This document shows, piece by piece, positions 1 to 13,984 of a DNA stretch of 64,000 nt (positions are counted from its first letter, which is position 1; the number at the start of each line of letters is the position of its first letter). The stretch is taken from assembly GCA_010909165.1 (NCBI GenBank), contig VJWM01000202.1, positions 1 through 64,000 on the forward strand, written 5' to 3'. The notes below the pieces were generated by a model. That model was not told where the DNA came from, did no database searches, and saw nothing but the letters and a program-made list of their open reading frames with translations. The translations under genes were made by a program, and so were the position numbers. The DNA comes from Anthoceros angustus. Its lineage: Eukaryota > Plantae > Anthocerotophyta.

Positions 1-221
1 GCCAACGTTGTAAATGACGCTGTAAACGGCTACCCGGACACCTTACCCGTCCGGTTAGGTGACGTGGCGGCCACGTCAGCAACTTGCTGACGTGGCAACC
101 TTGCCGCCACGTCAGCATTTTACAACCTAGTTGTACATAAACGTAAATGCCCGTTTTTACAACGTGAGGTTGTAAATTACGTTGTAAAATGCGTTGTAAA
201 ACACCTGCGATTCTTGTAGTG
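1..221. mobile_element. One end of a CACTA (En/Spm) DNA transposon; the rest lies outside the window
   Basis: Ends in TTCTTGTAGTG (211-221), the reverse complement of the CACTACAAGAA TIR. Many subterminal GTTGTAAA/TTTACAAC repeats and GCCACGTCAGC palindromes. Confidence 0.8.
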
Positions 222-1185
222 CACATCAGCGATATAAATTTGCTCTCCCCTAGTGTAAAACAGGTCCACCCTGAGTGACATGCCATTACGCAATGTATAT
301 GACCGCTCCCGGTACAGAAAAAATCCGCTCTCCATAGTTATCGAAAACATGACATCGCGACAAAGATCAAGGCGAGTAATACGCTGCCCCCGGACAACGG
401 GCCAAATGGGATCCAGAATCGTCGATGGCAGCTCGACAACTGCACGTGGAAAAAGAAGAGGCTAGAGGATGAGCTAAACCGAGGCGGACCTCATCGCAAT
501 CGAAAGGACTGTGCGATTCGAACGCCGAATGCAGGCCGAGCCAAAAGCCGTGAACCCGCCTTTCCTCGAATAGAACGCAGGCAGCCCGCGAAGACCTGGG
601 ATGGAGGAGTCCAGAATGAGGACCCTCTGCGCCAGTAAATATTGCTTCTCCTGGAGAGAAGCTTGAAGGCCATGCAACCCTTCCTTAGAGAAAGAGGAGA
701 AAGGAGGCATGGCTTCCCTAGCCTCAAAGGAAAGGGAGTCCCTAGCCCGCCTAAGAGAGACTCGAAGGCCCTCCTCAACACTCGAGACGAAGGCTTCCCG
801 GAAGGGAGTCCTGACAAGAATCGAGAGGCCAAAAAAGCGAGGCCCAACTCCTGAGGAAAGCTGCCAGAGCTGAGGCCTCCATGGCCAGTAAGCCAGTGCC
901 TCCAAAGGCCACTAACAATGATGCCTGTTTCCATGCCAAGTCACCGTCGACGCATTCAAAGGTGCCGGGACGTATAATGTCCCCAAGCGCCTACATAACC
1001 TGCCTATCAAAATGCCTCAAGCTTGATAGAAAGGCCGGGGATGGATCAACCGTCCTGGTAAGATAACCTGGTCGACGCGCGAAGCAGGAAGACAAAATAC
1101 CAAACGCAGCCCGAGGGTCCCCAATTTGTGAAAGGTCCCCAATGTGAGCCACGTCTTCTTCCAGAGCCACGTCCTCTTTAAAAGA
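222..1185 (-). mobile_element. Degenerate CRE-like non-LTR retrotransposon (post-RT region, zinc knuckle, restriction-like endonuclease)
   Basis: Manual minus-strand translation across frameshifts: DPRAAFGILSSCFARRPGYLTRT, QASLLVAFGGTGL, CLRSIRGKAGSRLLARP, TCSCRAAIDDSGSHLARCPG, CRDVMFSI, LRVDLF..IADV. It stops abruptly at the CACTA TIR. Confidence 0.65.
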
Positions 1186-2451
1186 ACATTTCCAAGAATA
1201 GGATAATCCGTATTAAATAATAAAATAAAGTAATATATTATCAAAGAGATTTCAAGACATAGAATCTTAGCAATATACCTAGGTTTTTTTTTAATTTGGT
1301 ATTTTGAAAATAAATCAAAACAACCCCGGGGAAGAAATCTTCAGCAAGGGTTCTGATTCCCCTATGTTACACATCGTATCATCCCAGCAGGAGGAGACTT
1401 TACTCTTCCCGAGGTCATCTGAGTACGTGCTTAGATACCATCGCAGGTTATGTGGAAAAAATATACCTAGGTATCTAGGTACCAAGTATGTATAGATAGA
1501 TGACTTCTATTTAGGTGCTTATTGTTTTTATTTATTACTTATCTAGTGGGCCAGAAATACGGGTGCCCTACGTGCATAGTTTATCATCTGCGACCCAAGC
1601 AATCGTTCGCCTTCCAACTGCCTATACCTCATAATAAGCTGCGACACTGCGACACTCCAACTACCTACCGCATAATAAGCTGCGACTCTACGACATCGCG
1701 ACATTGGTGGGTACCCTAATTCGAGCGCCGCAGGGCAGAAATCGCGCAGCGGTGCTGTGGTGGGTGCGTTTGCAGCGGCGAGACGTGCGAGTTTAGGGTT
1801 CGGGAGTGGATCGGGAAAAGCGTGGGAGATTCTAGGGTGCAAGGACTGGTGAGCCATCTCTCTCTTGTTTCTGCTGACTAGTCTCCATTCTCTCTCTGAG
1901 CGTGCTGCCCTCCCGCGCACGCCCGGCCGCGCTGTTGCTCCTGTTGCGAGGTAGCGCTGTGCGCGTCGTCACGCCCCCAGGCTGGCCCCTCGCTCTTCGC
2001 CTCTCTGCCCTGCCCTGCCCTGCCCCGCCCCGCCCCTGCGGCACCCGGCCCCTCCCCACCGCCCTTTCATCCCCTCCTCACCCAGCTCCTGCGTCTGGAG
2101 GCGCATCGGCACGCTCGGACAGCAGGTTCTCTTGCTTTCCGTTGCGCCGTCGTTGTGATCAGTGTGCTGGGCTGGAGCTTTGGTCGCTTGTGCTCGCGCT
2201 GCGCTTGCGGTTCGAGGAGGTGGTGGCGGCGGACGCGGCTCGGGTGGAGCTCGGAGAGTGACCGTGCTGCTTTGGTTCTGAAGGTGCAGGGATTAACAGC
2301 GGCAGCCTCGCTGCGCCGCTGCTCGGAGGGAGGTGAAAGTCAGGTGCGCCGGATCGATCTGGTGCGGCTGTCGCGCCAGGTGGCGGGCTGGGAGGGGGCT
2401 TGAGGGACGGGAGCGCCGCCGCTCTTGTCTGGTGCCAGTCCCGGTGGGCGT

Positions 2452-2490
2452 GGTTGAAAATCCAAAAAAAGTAAAAAATCTCGAAAACCT
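2452..2490 (+). promoter_or_regulatory. A-rich tract in the presumed PABP 5' leader (candidate autoregulatory sequence)
   Basis: GAAAATCCAAAAAAAGTAAAAAATCTCGAAAA in an otherwise GC-rich leader, ~260 nt upstream of the ATG. Confidence 0.45.
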
Positions 2491-2652
2491 GCAAGATCTC
2501 GTGCGGAAGGGACGGATTGTTGATCTTTGTCCTTCGTCCTTGGTCTGTGGGGAAAAATAGAAGCGTCATCGGGTGTGGGAGCGGAGTTTCTGGGCAAGAC
2601 CTAGCGTAAGTCTACATATGGGGTTCTAGGGCACAGGTTTTGTTACTTGTGA

Positions 2653-5757
<3,105 letters not shown>

Positions 5758-6535
5758 GGTGACAAGTGTGCTGCAACTGGAAGAGGGTTTGGGAGTGGGG
5801 TTGCAGCTGGTCTCTGGGAGGAGGGTATTAATATATCTATTACTGGACTGGAGAGTTTCTGGATTTATGGGCTGTAATGGTTGAGCAATTTTGTCTCTTA
5901 GGCTTCCAAAATTGTGGAAGTTGATTTCAGCCATAGTTACTGTTTCATGACTTGATACAGCCTTCATTCTTATGTCTCACAACGTGGTAGGGTTGCCACC
6001 TACTGCTGCCATGGTATTTTATGTCTCCTGGTGGCAAGCCGAATTTTTGGGCTGTAAGGTGGCCGAGTAATCAGTTCAGGCTGGATATTCTAAATGCTTG
6101 AAGGTGACCTGGAGCCTTTGGGAGTGGAGTTCCTCGCCGTCTGTCCTTTGCGAAAGTTTGATACGGTGTTCCTTACCACCTGTGCCCTGCCTGTGATGTG
6201 GTTACGCGGGCAGGGGTTTTTGATTACCTACGTAGTTTGGGCTATGGTGCTCCCTGGTAGATGTAATCTGGAGATCAGGCGTAGAAGTACCGTGAGAAAG
6301 CTGAGGCTTCTTTGTTGCTAGTCTTAGGCTTTACAACGTTACCCCTGAGCAAACTTGTGGACATTGCCTACTCTTGCACTGCATTCTGTTGTCATATTGG
6401 TGCTTCATCTTTGAAGAGATTTGATCGTTGAAATGTCTCTGACCGTTCTGGTGTGTCTCCGGTTCGTTTTAGTTTGTCATCTTGGTGCCTCAGCTTTGAT
6501 GAAATTTGATCGTTGAAAGGTCTTTTAAGCGTCCC

Positions 6536-7160
6536 GGTAACAAAGCTGGCTTGAGTGCTTTGCAAGAAAGCTCCATGCAGAGGCATGCTCAGCTGTTTAG
6601 AAGAAGAGGCATGCTCAGCTGTTTAGAAGAGCAGCTTACTAAGCATGCAGAGTGTGGTAGTAAATAATAATTTAAAGCCTAAGTAAGTAGTTACTAAGAT
6701 TGTAGCTAGGGCTTGAATATAAAAGGAGACCTCGCCCTGGGCTAAAGAGAGGACAGCTGTGCCTTGAGAGCCTACTTGTTGCTTGGGCTGGGCCTTGAGA
6801 GCACTTGTTGCTTGGGCTGTGCCTTGAGAGCACTTGTTGCTTGGGTTGTAAGCACCGAAGGGGAGTGCTGTGAAGGAGCTTTGTGCTGTGAAGGAGCTTT
6901 GTGGAGGAGGTCAAGTGAAGGGAGAACTAAGCTCCTAGCTTAGACAAAGATGGGGAGTTCTCTCTAGCCCTTCAGCTTGTATGTTCTTTTGACTCGTGGT
7001 TTAAGAATAAAGAGCAGCTGCAAGGGTGCTGTCTGCGAGTCCTCCTAGAAGAGGAGGGCGGGCTACTTGGAGGCCTAATGCTGTGTCTGGTGTTGATTTA
7101 TTACTTTGGTTTTTGCTTCTAACTGCATAGTTTTCCCCATCCCGTTGAGGGGGTGTTACT
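6536..7160. mobile_element. Possible solo-LTR-like remnant
   Basis: GTAACA...TGTTAC ends, TATAAAAG, AATAAA and short internal tandem duplications. No clear TG..CA ends or TSD. Confidence 0.3.
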
Positions 7161-7177
7161 GTTCCGGTGTTTTTGGT

Positions 7178-7316
7178 TCGCATAAGCTCCGCCTTCGTGT
7201 TTTATTTCATAAAATATTCGTGTAGGACATCTATCTAGAGCTGTCCTCGCATAAGCTCCGCCTTCGTGTTTTATTTCATAAAATATTCGTGTAGGACATC
7301 TATCTAGAGCTGTCCT
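7178..7316. repeat. Tandem duplication, 69 bp x2
   Basis: TCGCATAAGCTCCGCC...GAGCTGTCC repeated exactly. Confidence 0.9.
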
Positions 7317-7517
7317 CCCACACTGAAGAACTGCATGAATAAAAGGCCGGAGTAGATTATGGTATGAGCACCGGGTACCAAGCGTCATAGTCGGTTGGAA
7401 CTCGTCTACCGCCACCAAGTTTCTTGCGCCGTTTCTGCAAATGGCAAAAGTCACTGCATTGACTCACCCCCTTTGGACGGGGGGAGCCGAGGTTTAGATG
7501 TCCAAATGGCTTAGGCC

Positions 7518-7710
7518 AAATGGACAACATTTATAAGAACGTAGTGATTAAGCATCCTGAGCTTAGATCGGTACTTAGATGGGGTGTATAAAGGGAGTTG
7601 GATGCCCTTGGTGCAAGTAGCTTAGGCACACCATGGCACAAGTTGTTAAGTCCCATGACGGAAATCCGTCCTTAGTGGACTTCAATAAAATTCAACTTCT
7701 TCTTCTTCAT
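7518..7710 (+). mobile_element. SINE or 5'-truncated LINE 3' end with (TTC)n tail, copy 1
   Basis: Ends AATAAAATTCAAC(TTC)n. Homologous to 61663-61860 in inverted orientation. Confidence 0.6.
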
Positions 7711-8828
7711 TGACGCTCTCTCAACTGGTAGGCCCGGTTATTAAGTTTGTAGCGCGCCTACGATACGATTTCTCTATTTCCACCCCATTCACGGAAGGAA
7801 AAGGTGGTGGGTGGAAGTTTGTTTTGTAAGGGCGCTGAGGACTGTGTGCAGTAGCGAGAGGGATAAATCTGTTGACGGCCCCAGCTCTAGAGGACTTTCT
7901 GCAAACTACTACCTGGGAAGATTACACAGCTACTGTCACTGCGGCTGCGGCTGCGGCTTCGGCTGGGCCTATTTTGCAGACGTGGAAGTGTGGTATACCG
8001 CACTGGCAGTGGGCTCATGGGAGGCTTCTCCACCTCTTTCGAAGTTGTGAACAAACTCGGATCGGGTTGGGTTGTACTTATAAACGTACGTTGCAGGCTC
8101 GTGGAGTTCCACTGAAAGGGGTGCTGACCATCGACCACAGTCCATTCTTCTCTGCTTCAGGGATTCTTCATGCCCACCGGCTGTTTCGTGTCGATCAGTC
8201 CGACTCCTATGCAGTATTACTAGGTATCAACAACTTTCTCCTCCATATTGCTGGCACAATTTGTTTGGGTAGCAAACCTGAATCTTCTGGCTTACTCTGC
8301 ATTATCCAGTCTTGGTGCCAACATGGCCCCAGCAATCCCTTCCACAGCAAACTCAAAGGTGTGAGTGTTGGCCTGTCATTTTGTGCGCCAACCCCACACA
8401 CTTTTGCTCTGTGAAACCAATTCCAAAAGAGAACTTTATTATGGCAGACCTGCGCCAGTCAGCAAGACGCTGAATATACCTCACCAATTTCCTGTTCAAT
8501 GCTACCCGGTAACATAACTAGGGTAACTGCGTATGCTGATGCATATTGCATATGGTGCACCCAGTTCTTCAGAAGTTCAGACCCCTCAGGTTCTAGTAGA
8601 ACAAACCGAAGTCGATGTTCAGTTTAGAGGGTCTTCCTAGTTCTTTAGACCCCTCAGGTTCTGGTGGAACATCTCGGGGTCGATGTTAAGAGGGTGACAA
8701 CCATGGATCGCTTCCTGAGGGAGATCAATAGATCAGGAGCAGAACATCAAACCAGAAACACAATATGGATGGAATTTCTGTCTTCCGATATTGCCGGACA
8801 GCGATGCCATCAGCGATTCAGGACTTAC

Positions 8829-8993
8829 GGGTTCCAGGCGAATTCGGATAGCGCCCAATCCAGTGTGCGGGCGCATGGTCTGGAGAACAGCCGGGGAGGG
8901 TGCATGACTATGCTCAACCGCTTCCGCCTGCCTGTTCTCCAGACCATGCGCCCGCACACTGGATTGGGCGCTATCCGAATTCGCCTGGAACCC
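8829..8993. repeat. Perfect 62-bp inverted repeat with 41-nt spacer (MITE-like/foldback)
   Basis: 8829-8890 is the exact reverse complement of 8932-8993. GGG...CCC termini. Confidence 0.85.
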
Positions 8994-9149
8994 AGGCGAA
9001 TAGTCACCAGCCCATAGTCACTATGGGCTGCCGGCTTTATGGCAGTGGCGTTCATGCCCCTACAGGAAGAAGAGGCGCATGCAACTCCCCGTCAATGAAG
9101 ATGCAACTGGGATCTAGAATGCATAATGTAAAGCTGACATCGGCCCCTT

Positions 9150-9530
9150 TCGCTACGCGCTTGGTGTACAATTTGAGCATCAACCTGAAGAGCATTCTTG
9201 TTTCATCCATATATCAGCAGCATTATGTGGATCAAGTTGCTTGACAGATCTCAGCTCAAAGACGCCAAGCTAGTGTCAACGCCAATTGCTGCAAGTGAAA
9301 AGGTTTCAACAGAAGACTGCCCCACAACTCCAGAAGAAGAGAAGGAGATGGCCCAAGTACCTTATAGTGAAGCCGTGGGTAGCCTCCTCTATCTTTCCAT
9401 CTGGACCAGACTTGACATCGCCTAGGCAGTCAACATCACATCTTGATACCTCTCGAATCCTGAAAGATCACATTGCATTTGTGTCAAGCAAATCCTTTGC
9501 TACTTGAAGGGAACAAGATCACTTGGACTT
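9150..9530 (+). mobile_element. Ty1/Copia RT C-terminal fragment, degenerate
   Basis: VPYSEAVGSLLYLSIWTRLDIA*AV followed by ...LCYLKGT. Contains stops and frameshifts. Confidence 0.85.
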
Positions 9531-9655
9531 GCAAAGAGAGACATCATATTCCTTAGACAGAACATCCTTCACATAATGAATGATAGAGAGGTCAGTGCCA
9601 AAAATAAAATTGTCGTCCACATACAGTGCAACGATAACGACCTTCTCCTTGGTCC

Positions 9656-10200
9656 TCAGCAGATCTTTGTGTCAGCGGTGAGAGGGGTGACGTCACATTT
9701 CTTGAGATTGAGGTCAACAATTTCGTTCCATACCTGGGCAGTTTTGTTCCATACCTGGGCAGACTGCTTTAAGCCGTTAATGGATTTCAAGAGCTTGCAA
9801 ACCTTCTTGGGGTCTTGTATGAAGCCAGGTGGTTGCAGCATGTGAATGTCCTCATGAAGTGCTCCATACAGAAATGTCGTTTTAACATCAACCTGATGTA
9901 TCTGCAGGTGGTGTGAGGCAGCGAACACTAGCAGTATCCTGATGGAGGGTGATTTCACTATTGGGCTGAAGAACCTGTTTTCTTCATAGTCAACACCTGG
10001 TACTTGGGTGAAGCCCCGAGCCACAAGTTGGGCTTTATATCGTGCTACTATATACCATATGGGTTTAGCTTTCTTCGGAATGTCCACTTGCAGGAAATGG
10101 GTTTCCTGCCTTCAAGTAAGTCCGTAAGCTTCCAAGTTTTATTTGAGATAAGAGAGTCATACTCGGATTTTACTGCTCTTATCCACTCTGGAGTGCTGAA
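9656..10200 (-). mobile_element. Ty1/Copia RT N-terminal fragment, degenerate
   Basis: WIRAVKSEYDSLISNKTW, RYKAQLVARGFTQVPGVDY, IHQVDVKTTFLYG, GLKQSAQVWN. Confidence 0.9.
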
Positions 10201-10959
10201 AGTGATAAAAATCATGCACAAACACTTGCACAAAGCTTGTTGCATTCATTAAATAATAGAAAGTACAAGAGAGTGTTTTATAGTGGAGGAAGTTAGGTGG
10301 TTGTAACCAATATAACAACTAACTAGAGAGCAGTGACAAATCTTAAACGGGCCCTAGAATTCTAAACTGGTTCACGAGCACTAAGATCTGAGCTACTCCA
10401 AGAGTTAAGAACTGGTGCCTAGTCTTGTTGAGGTTCTACTGCAATGAACGAATAGTGTTGCGACCGGATGCTTACTTGCTTGCTCACCAAACGGGTGAGG
10501 AGCATCATCCTGCAAGGCAGAATGCACTATGTAACCCGATATCCATAGCAGCAAGCTGCACATCCACGCTAACCAGAGAACCTCTTGGGACTCCTTGTAC
10601 CAGAAGCACTTGCTTTCCCTAGCATAACTGGTATACCGCCCAAGTGTAACTGTGGGGTCCAAGTTGGTTACTTGAAGGAACCAGGTTTCATTACCTAGAT
10701 TTTACAAAGGATTGTAGTCATGCGACACAAGCTACTATCAACACAAGCTATGGACGGCTAGTGCCAACACAAGCTATGGACCATGTATCCCTATATCCAC
10801 AGCAGCGGGTTGCACATCCACGCTAACCAAAGATTGTATCACCTCAATGTAATTAATTAGATAAAATTATTCATAATTAATTAATTAATTACCTAAATCA
10901 TTTATGTAAATTATACACATCTTTTAAGACCTCTCTCTGTCTGCTGTGCCTTTCTTTGC

Positions 10960-11760
10960 AATCCCATAATTCCATTCAACCTCTTTTCTACGTTCTCTCT
11001 TCTTAATCTTATAATTTCATTCCGCCTCTTCCACATTTGGTCCGGGTTCATATGAAACCTTGTTATTTCTTGTTGGATCACTTCTAAGACTTGTCCTAAA
11101 ATTTCATTTGCACTCTTTTCTGCGTTGTTTTCTTTCTAAAGAATTCTGGGCTTTATAAGATATAAGACGATTCAAAATGGTTCCTAGCACGAGAGAAACA
11201 CAAGGTCATTTAGCAGCTACAACAAATGCAGGTCGAGAACTTACGACAGAACATAAATTGAAACAAGAAGGCCAAGACTTGGACCACCAAAGGGAAACCT
11301 GTAAGACAGGGCCCTTACCCACAAAAAGGAACATGGTAGACAGATGCATTTACTCCAACTTGACCACCAATCCCTTTCTGCCCTGTTTCTCATAATGATC
11401 TTATAATTTCATTTGTTCTCTTACACTTTTTTCTTAGGTTCATAAGAAACCATGTTATCTCTTGTTGGACTACAGCTAATTATAAAATCATCCAGCCTCT
11501 TTTCTATGTTGTCTCCCCTCATGATCTTATCAATTCCTTTAGCCTGAGGCTAAAGGAATTGATAAGATCATGAGGCTCTTACACATTTACCCCAGGTTCA
11601 TAAGAAACCTTGTTATTTCTTGTTTGATCACTGCTAGGATCACTGGGCCTTGTTTTTGTATTATTTCCTCTCATGAACTTATAATTTCATTAGACCTCGT
11701 GCATATTCTCGCCCTAAGTTCATAACAAACCTTGTTATCTCTTGTTGGATCGCTGCTAGG
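10960..11760. repeat. Degenerate AT-rich tandem repeat containing a perfect 59-bp palindrome (11517-11575)
   Basis: Recurrent CTTATAATTTCATT...GGTTCATAAGAAACCTTGTTATTTCTTGTTGGATCAC. Palindrome arms of 29 bp around a single G. Confidence 0.7.
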
Positions 11761-12149
11761 ATGAGTACAGTCTCCAATTGTTTGAGTCGAGTCTGGTGGG
11801 CTGTGCATTGAAGGTTCTTTTGGGTGATATATGCTTTATGTTGTAAGATATAAGTGACAATGTATTTCATGTAGCGTTTGGTAGCTTCAGGATAGATGAT
11901 CACGGGGGCTAGTCCCTCTGGCCTAGGGCTTTTTTTATGGGTTTTTCCCTGCTTGTAGATGGGATTTATTATCTTTCTTTTTCTACGAAGTCTCCAGCTA
12001 TAATTTCATGTAGCAATATTTAGATTTCCATTTATATTTTTAAGACGTATCATATATTGAAAAAAAAATATTACTTATCATCATATTACACCAACTAAAT
12101 CCATCTTAAATTAGTTTGCGTCATAGAGTATTAGCGTGCACCTTTATGT

Positions 12150-13371
12150 ATTTCGAAGAGAATTTTGTTGTAATGCGGACGATTAAAGAGAATTTGGTTT
12201 TAATATAGATGGTTACAGAGAATTTTATTGTGATATAGATGATTACATAGAATTGTTCTGTAATGTAGATGATTAAAAAGAATTTTCTTTGTAATATAAA
12301 CGATTAAAGAGAATTTTACTGTAATGTAGTCGATTAAAATATTCAGCTTTCACCAAAAGCATTAACACCATATTATGTCTCTAAAATACTTAGCTTGCAT
12401 TAAGCTAGCTTTGCATTGACACCATAATGTGTCTCTAAGAGAATTTTGGAGTAGTCTAGATGGTTAAAATATTCAGCTTGCACCGAGCAATCTTTGGTGT
12501 AAGAGGTTAGGATAGTGTAGACGGTTAAAATACTTAGCTTGCACTGAGTGAGCTCTGGTGTAATCGGTTAGGATATTGTAGACAGTTAAAATACTCAGCT
12601 TGCACCGAACAAGCTCTGGTGTAAGCGGTTAGGATATTGAAGACGGTTAAAATACTCAGCTTGCACCGAGCGAGCTATGCTTTGACACTGGAATGTATTT
12701 GTAAGAGAATTTTGATGTAGTATAGAGGGTTCAAATACTCAGCTTGCACCGAGCGAGCGATGCTTTGACACTGGAATGTGTTTGTAAGAGAATTTTGATG
12801 TAGTATAGACGGTTCAAATACTCAGCTTGCACCGAGCTAGCTGTGTGTTGACATCTTAATGTGTTTCTAAGAGAATTTTGGTGTAGTACAAATGGTTAAA
12901 ATACTCGGCTTGCACTAAGCTAGCTCTGCATTGACACCTTAATGTGTTTCTAAGAGAATTTTTATGCGGCTCTCAACGAGCGACAATACTACGCTCTATA
13001 GTACACAATTAAAGGATACTCGACTTTCACCCAAGCGACCTAGGTACGGATCTCGACAACGCTCTGCAGTACACAGTTAAAGGATACTCAACTTTCACCC
13101 AAGCGACCTAGGTACGGATCTCGACAACAGAATATAAGTGAGCCACTCCCAGTATTAGAATTTAAATATAAGTGAGCCAATGGTATTAAAATTTAAATAT
13201 AAGTGAGCTAATCCCGGTATTAAAATTTAAATATAAGTGAGCTTATCTTAGTATTAAAATTTAAATATAAGTGAGCCAATCCCTGTATCAGAGTTTAAAT
13301 ATAAGTGAGCCAATCTTGGTATTAGAATTTAAATATAAGTGAGCCAATCCCGATATTAAAATTTAAGTGAG
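12150..13371. repeat. Nested tandem-repeat complex (30, 61, 83, 68 and ~34 bp units)
   Basis: 30-bp AAGAGAATTTT..GATTA x~6, 61- and 83-bp units sharing AATACTCAGCTTGCACCGAGC, 68 bp x2 (12991-13128), and AATATAAGTGAGCC.. ~34 bp x7 (13131-13371). Confidence 0.85.
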
Positions 13372-13984
13372 CGGGAACAGTTGATGCTTTCCCCACCTGT
13401 TTAAGCAACTAACTCAACACAATTAATTAGATAATATAATTAGGGGAAGTGCTTTCCCGTCAATATGTGAAGTATATAGGGAATACGGTCATTAGGCAGT
13501 CCATCACCGAATTGACAAGCTCAATGTAACTCAGAAATAATTTATTAATAATTTATTAATAATTATATCACTTCTACAATTTTACAATTTTACCCTAATT
13601 TCTCCAATGATGTTCCTTTTCACTCCTTGAATGAGTTCTCTCCCGCCGTAATCTTACAATTCCATTCGGCCTCTTAACAATTAGTGGAAGAAATCTCACC
13701 CCATAGCATATTGCCAACATCCTCTGCAAGTTGAATCACAAAGTACTGTTAAATCACTTGAACAGAGATCAAGGTCAAAGTGTTAGTCATGTCATATGGA
13801 CTGTTCAGTAACATCACATAAAAAGAAGAATTTCAAGAGGTAACTGAAGTCAAGCAAAATTTCAGGTCTCAAGCTCTTGAGCTTGCAAATTTACCACCGA
13901 ATCTTACAAGCAACCAACAAAACATTCCGCTCATTTAAGCTAAGAAGATTTGCTAACAAAATGCTTTGACAACATTCCAGGATA

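Noticed and set aside
7811-8414. 180-aa plus-strand ORF
   Set aside because: Non-ATG start and no recognisable motifs. It cannot be supported as a gene without a search.
12150-13371. CRISPR-like appearance of repeated cores
   Set aside because: The intervening sequences are themselves repeated rather than unique spacers. Eukaryotic context and no cas genes.
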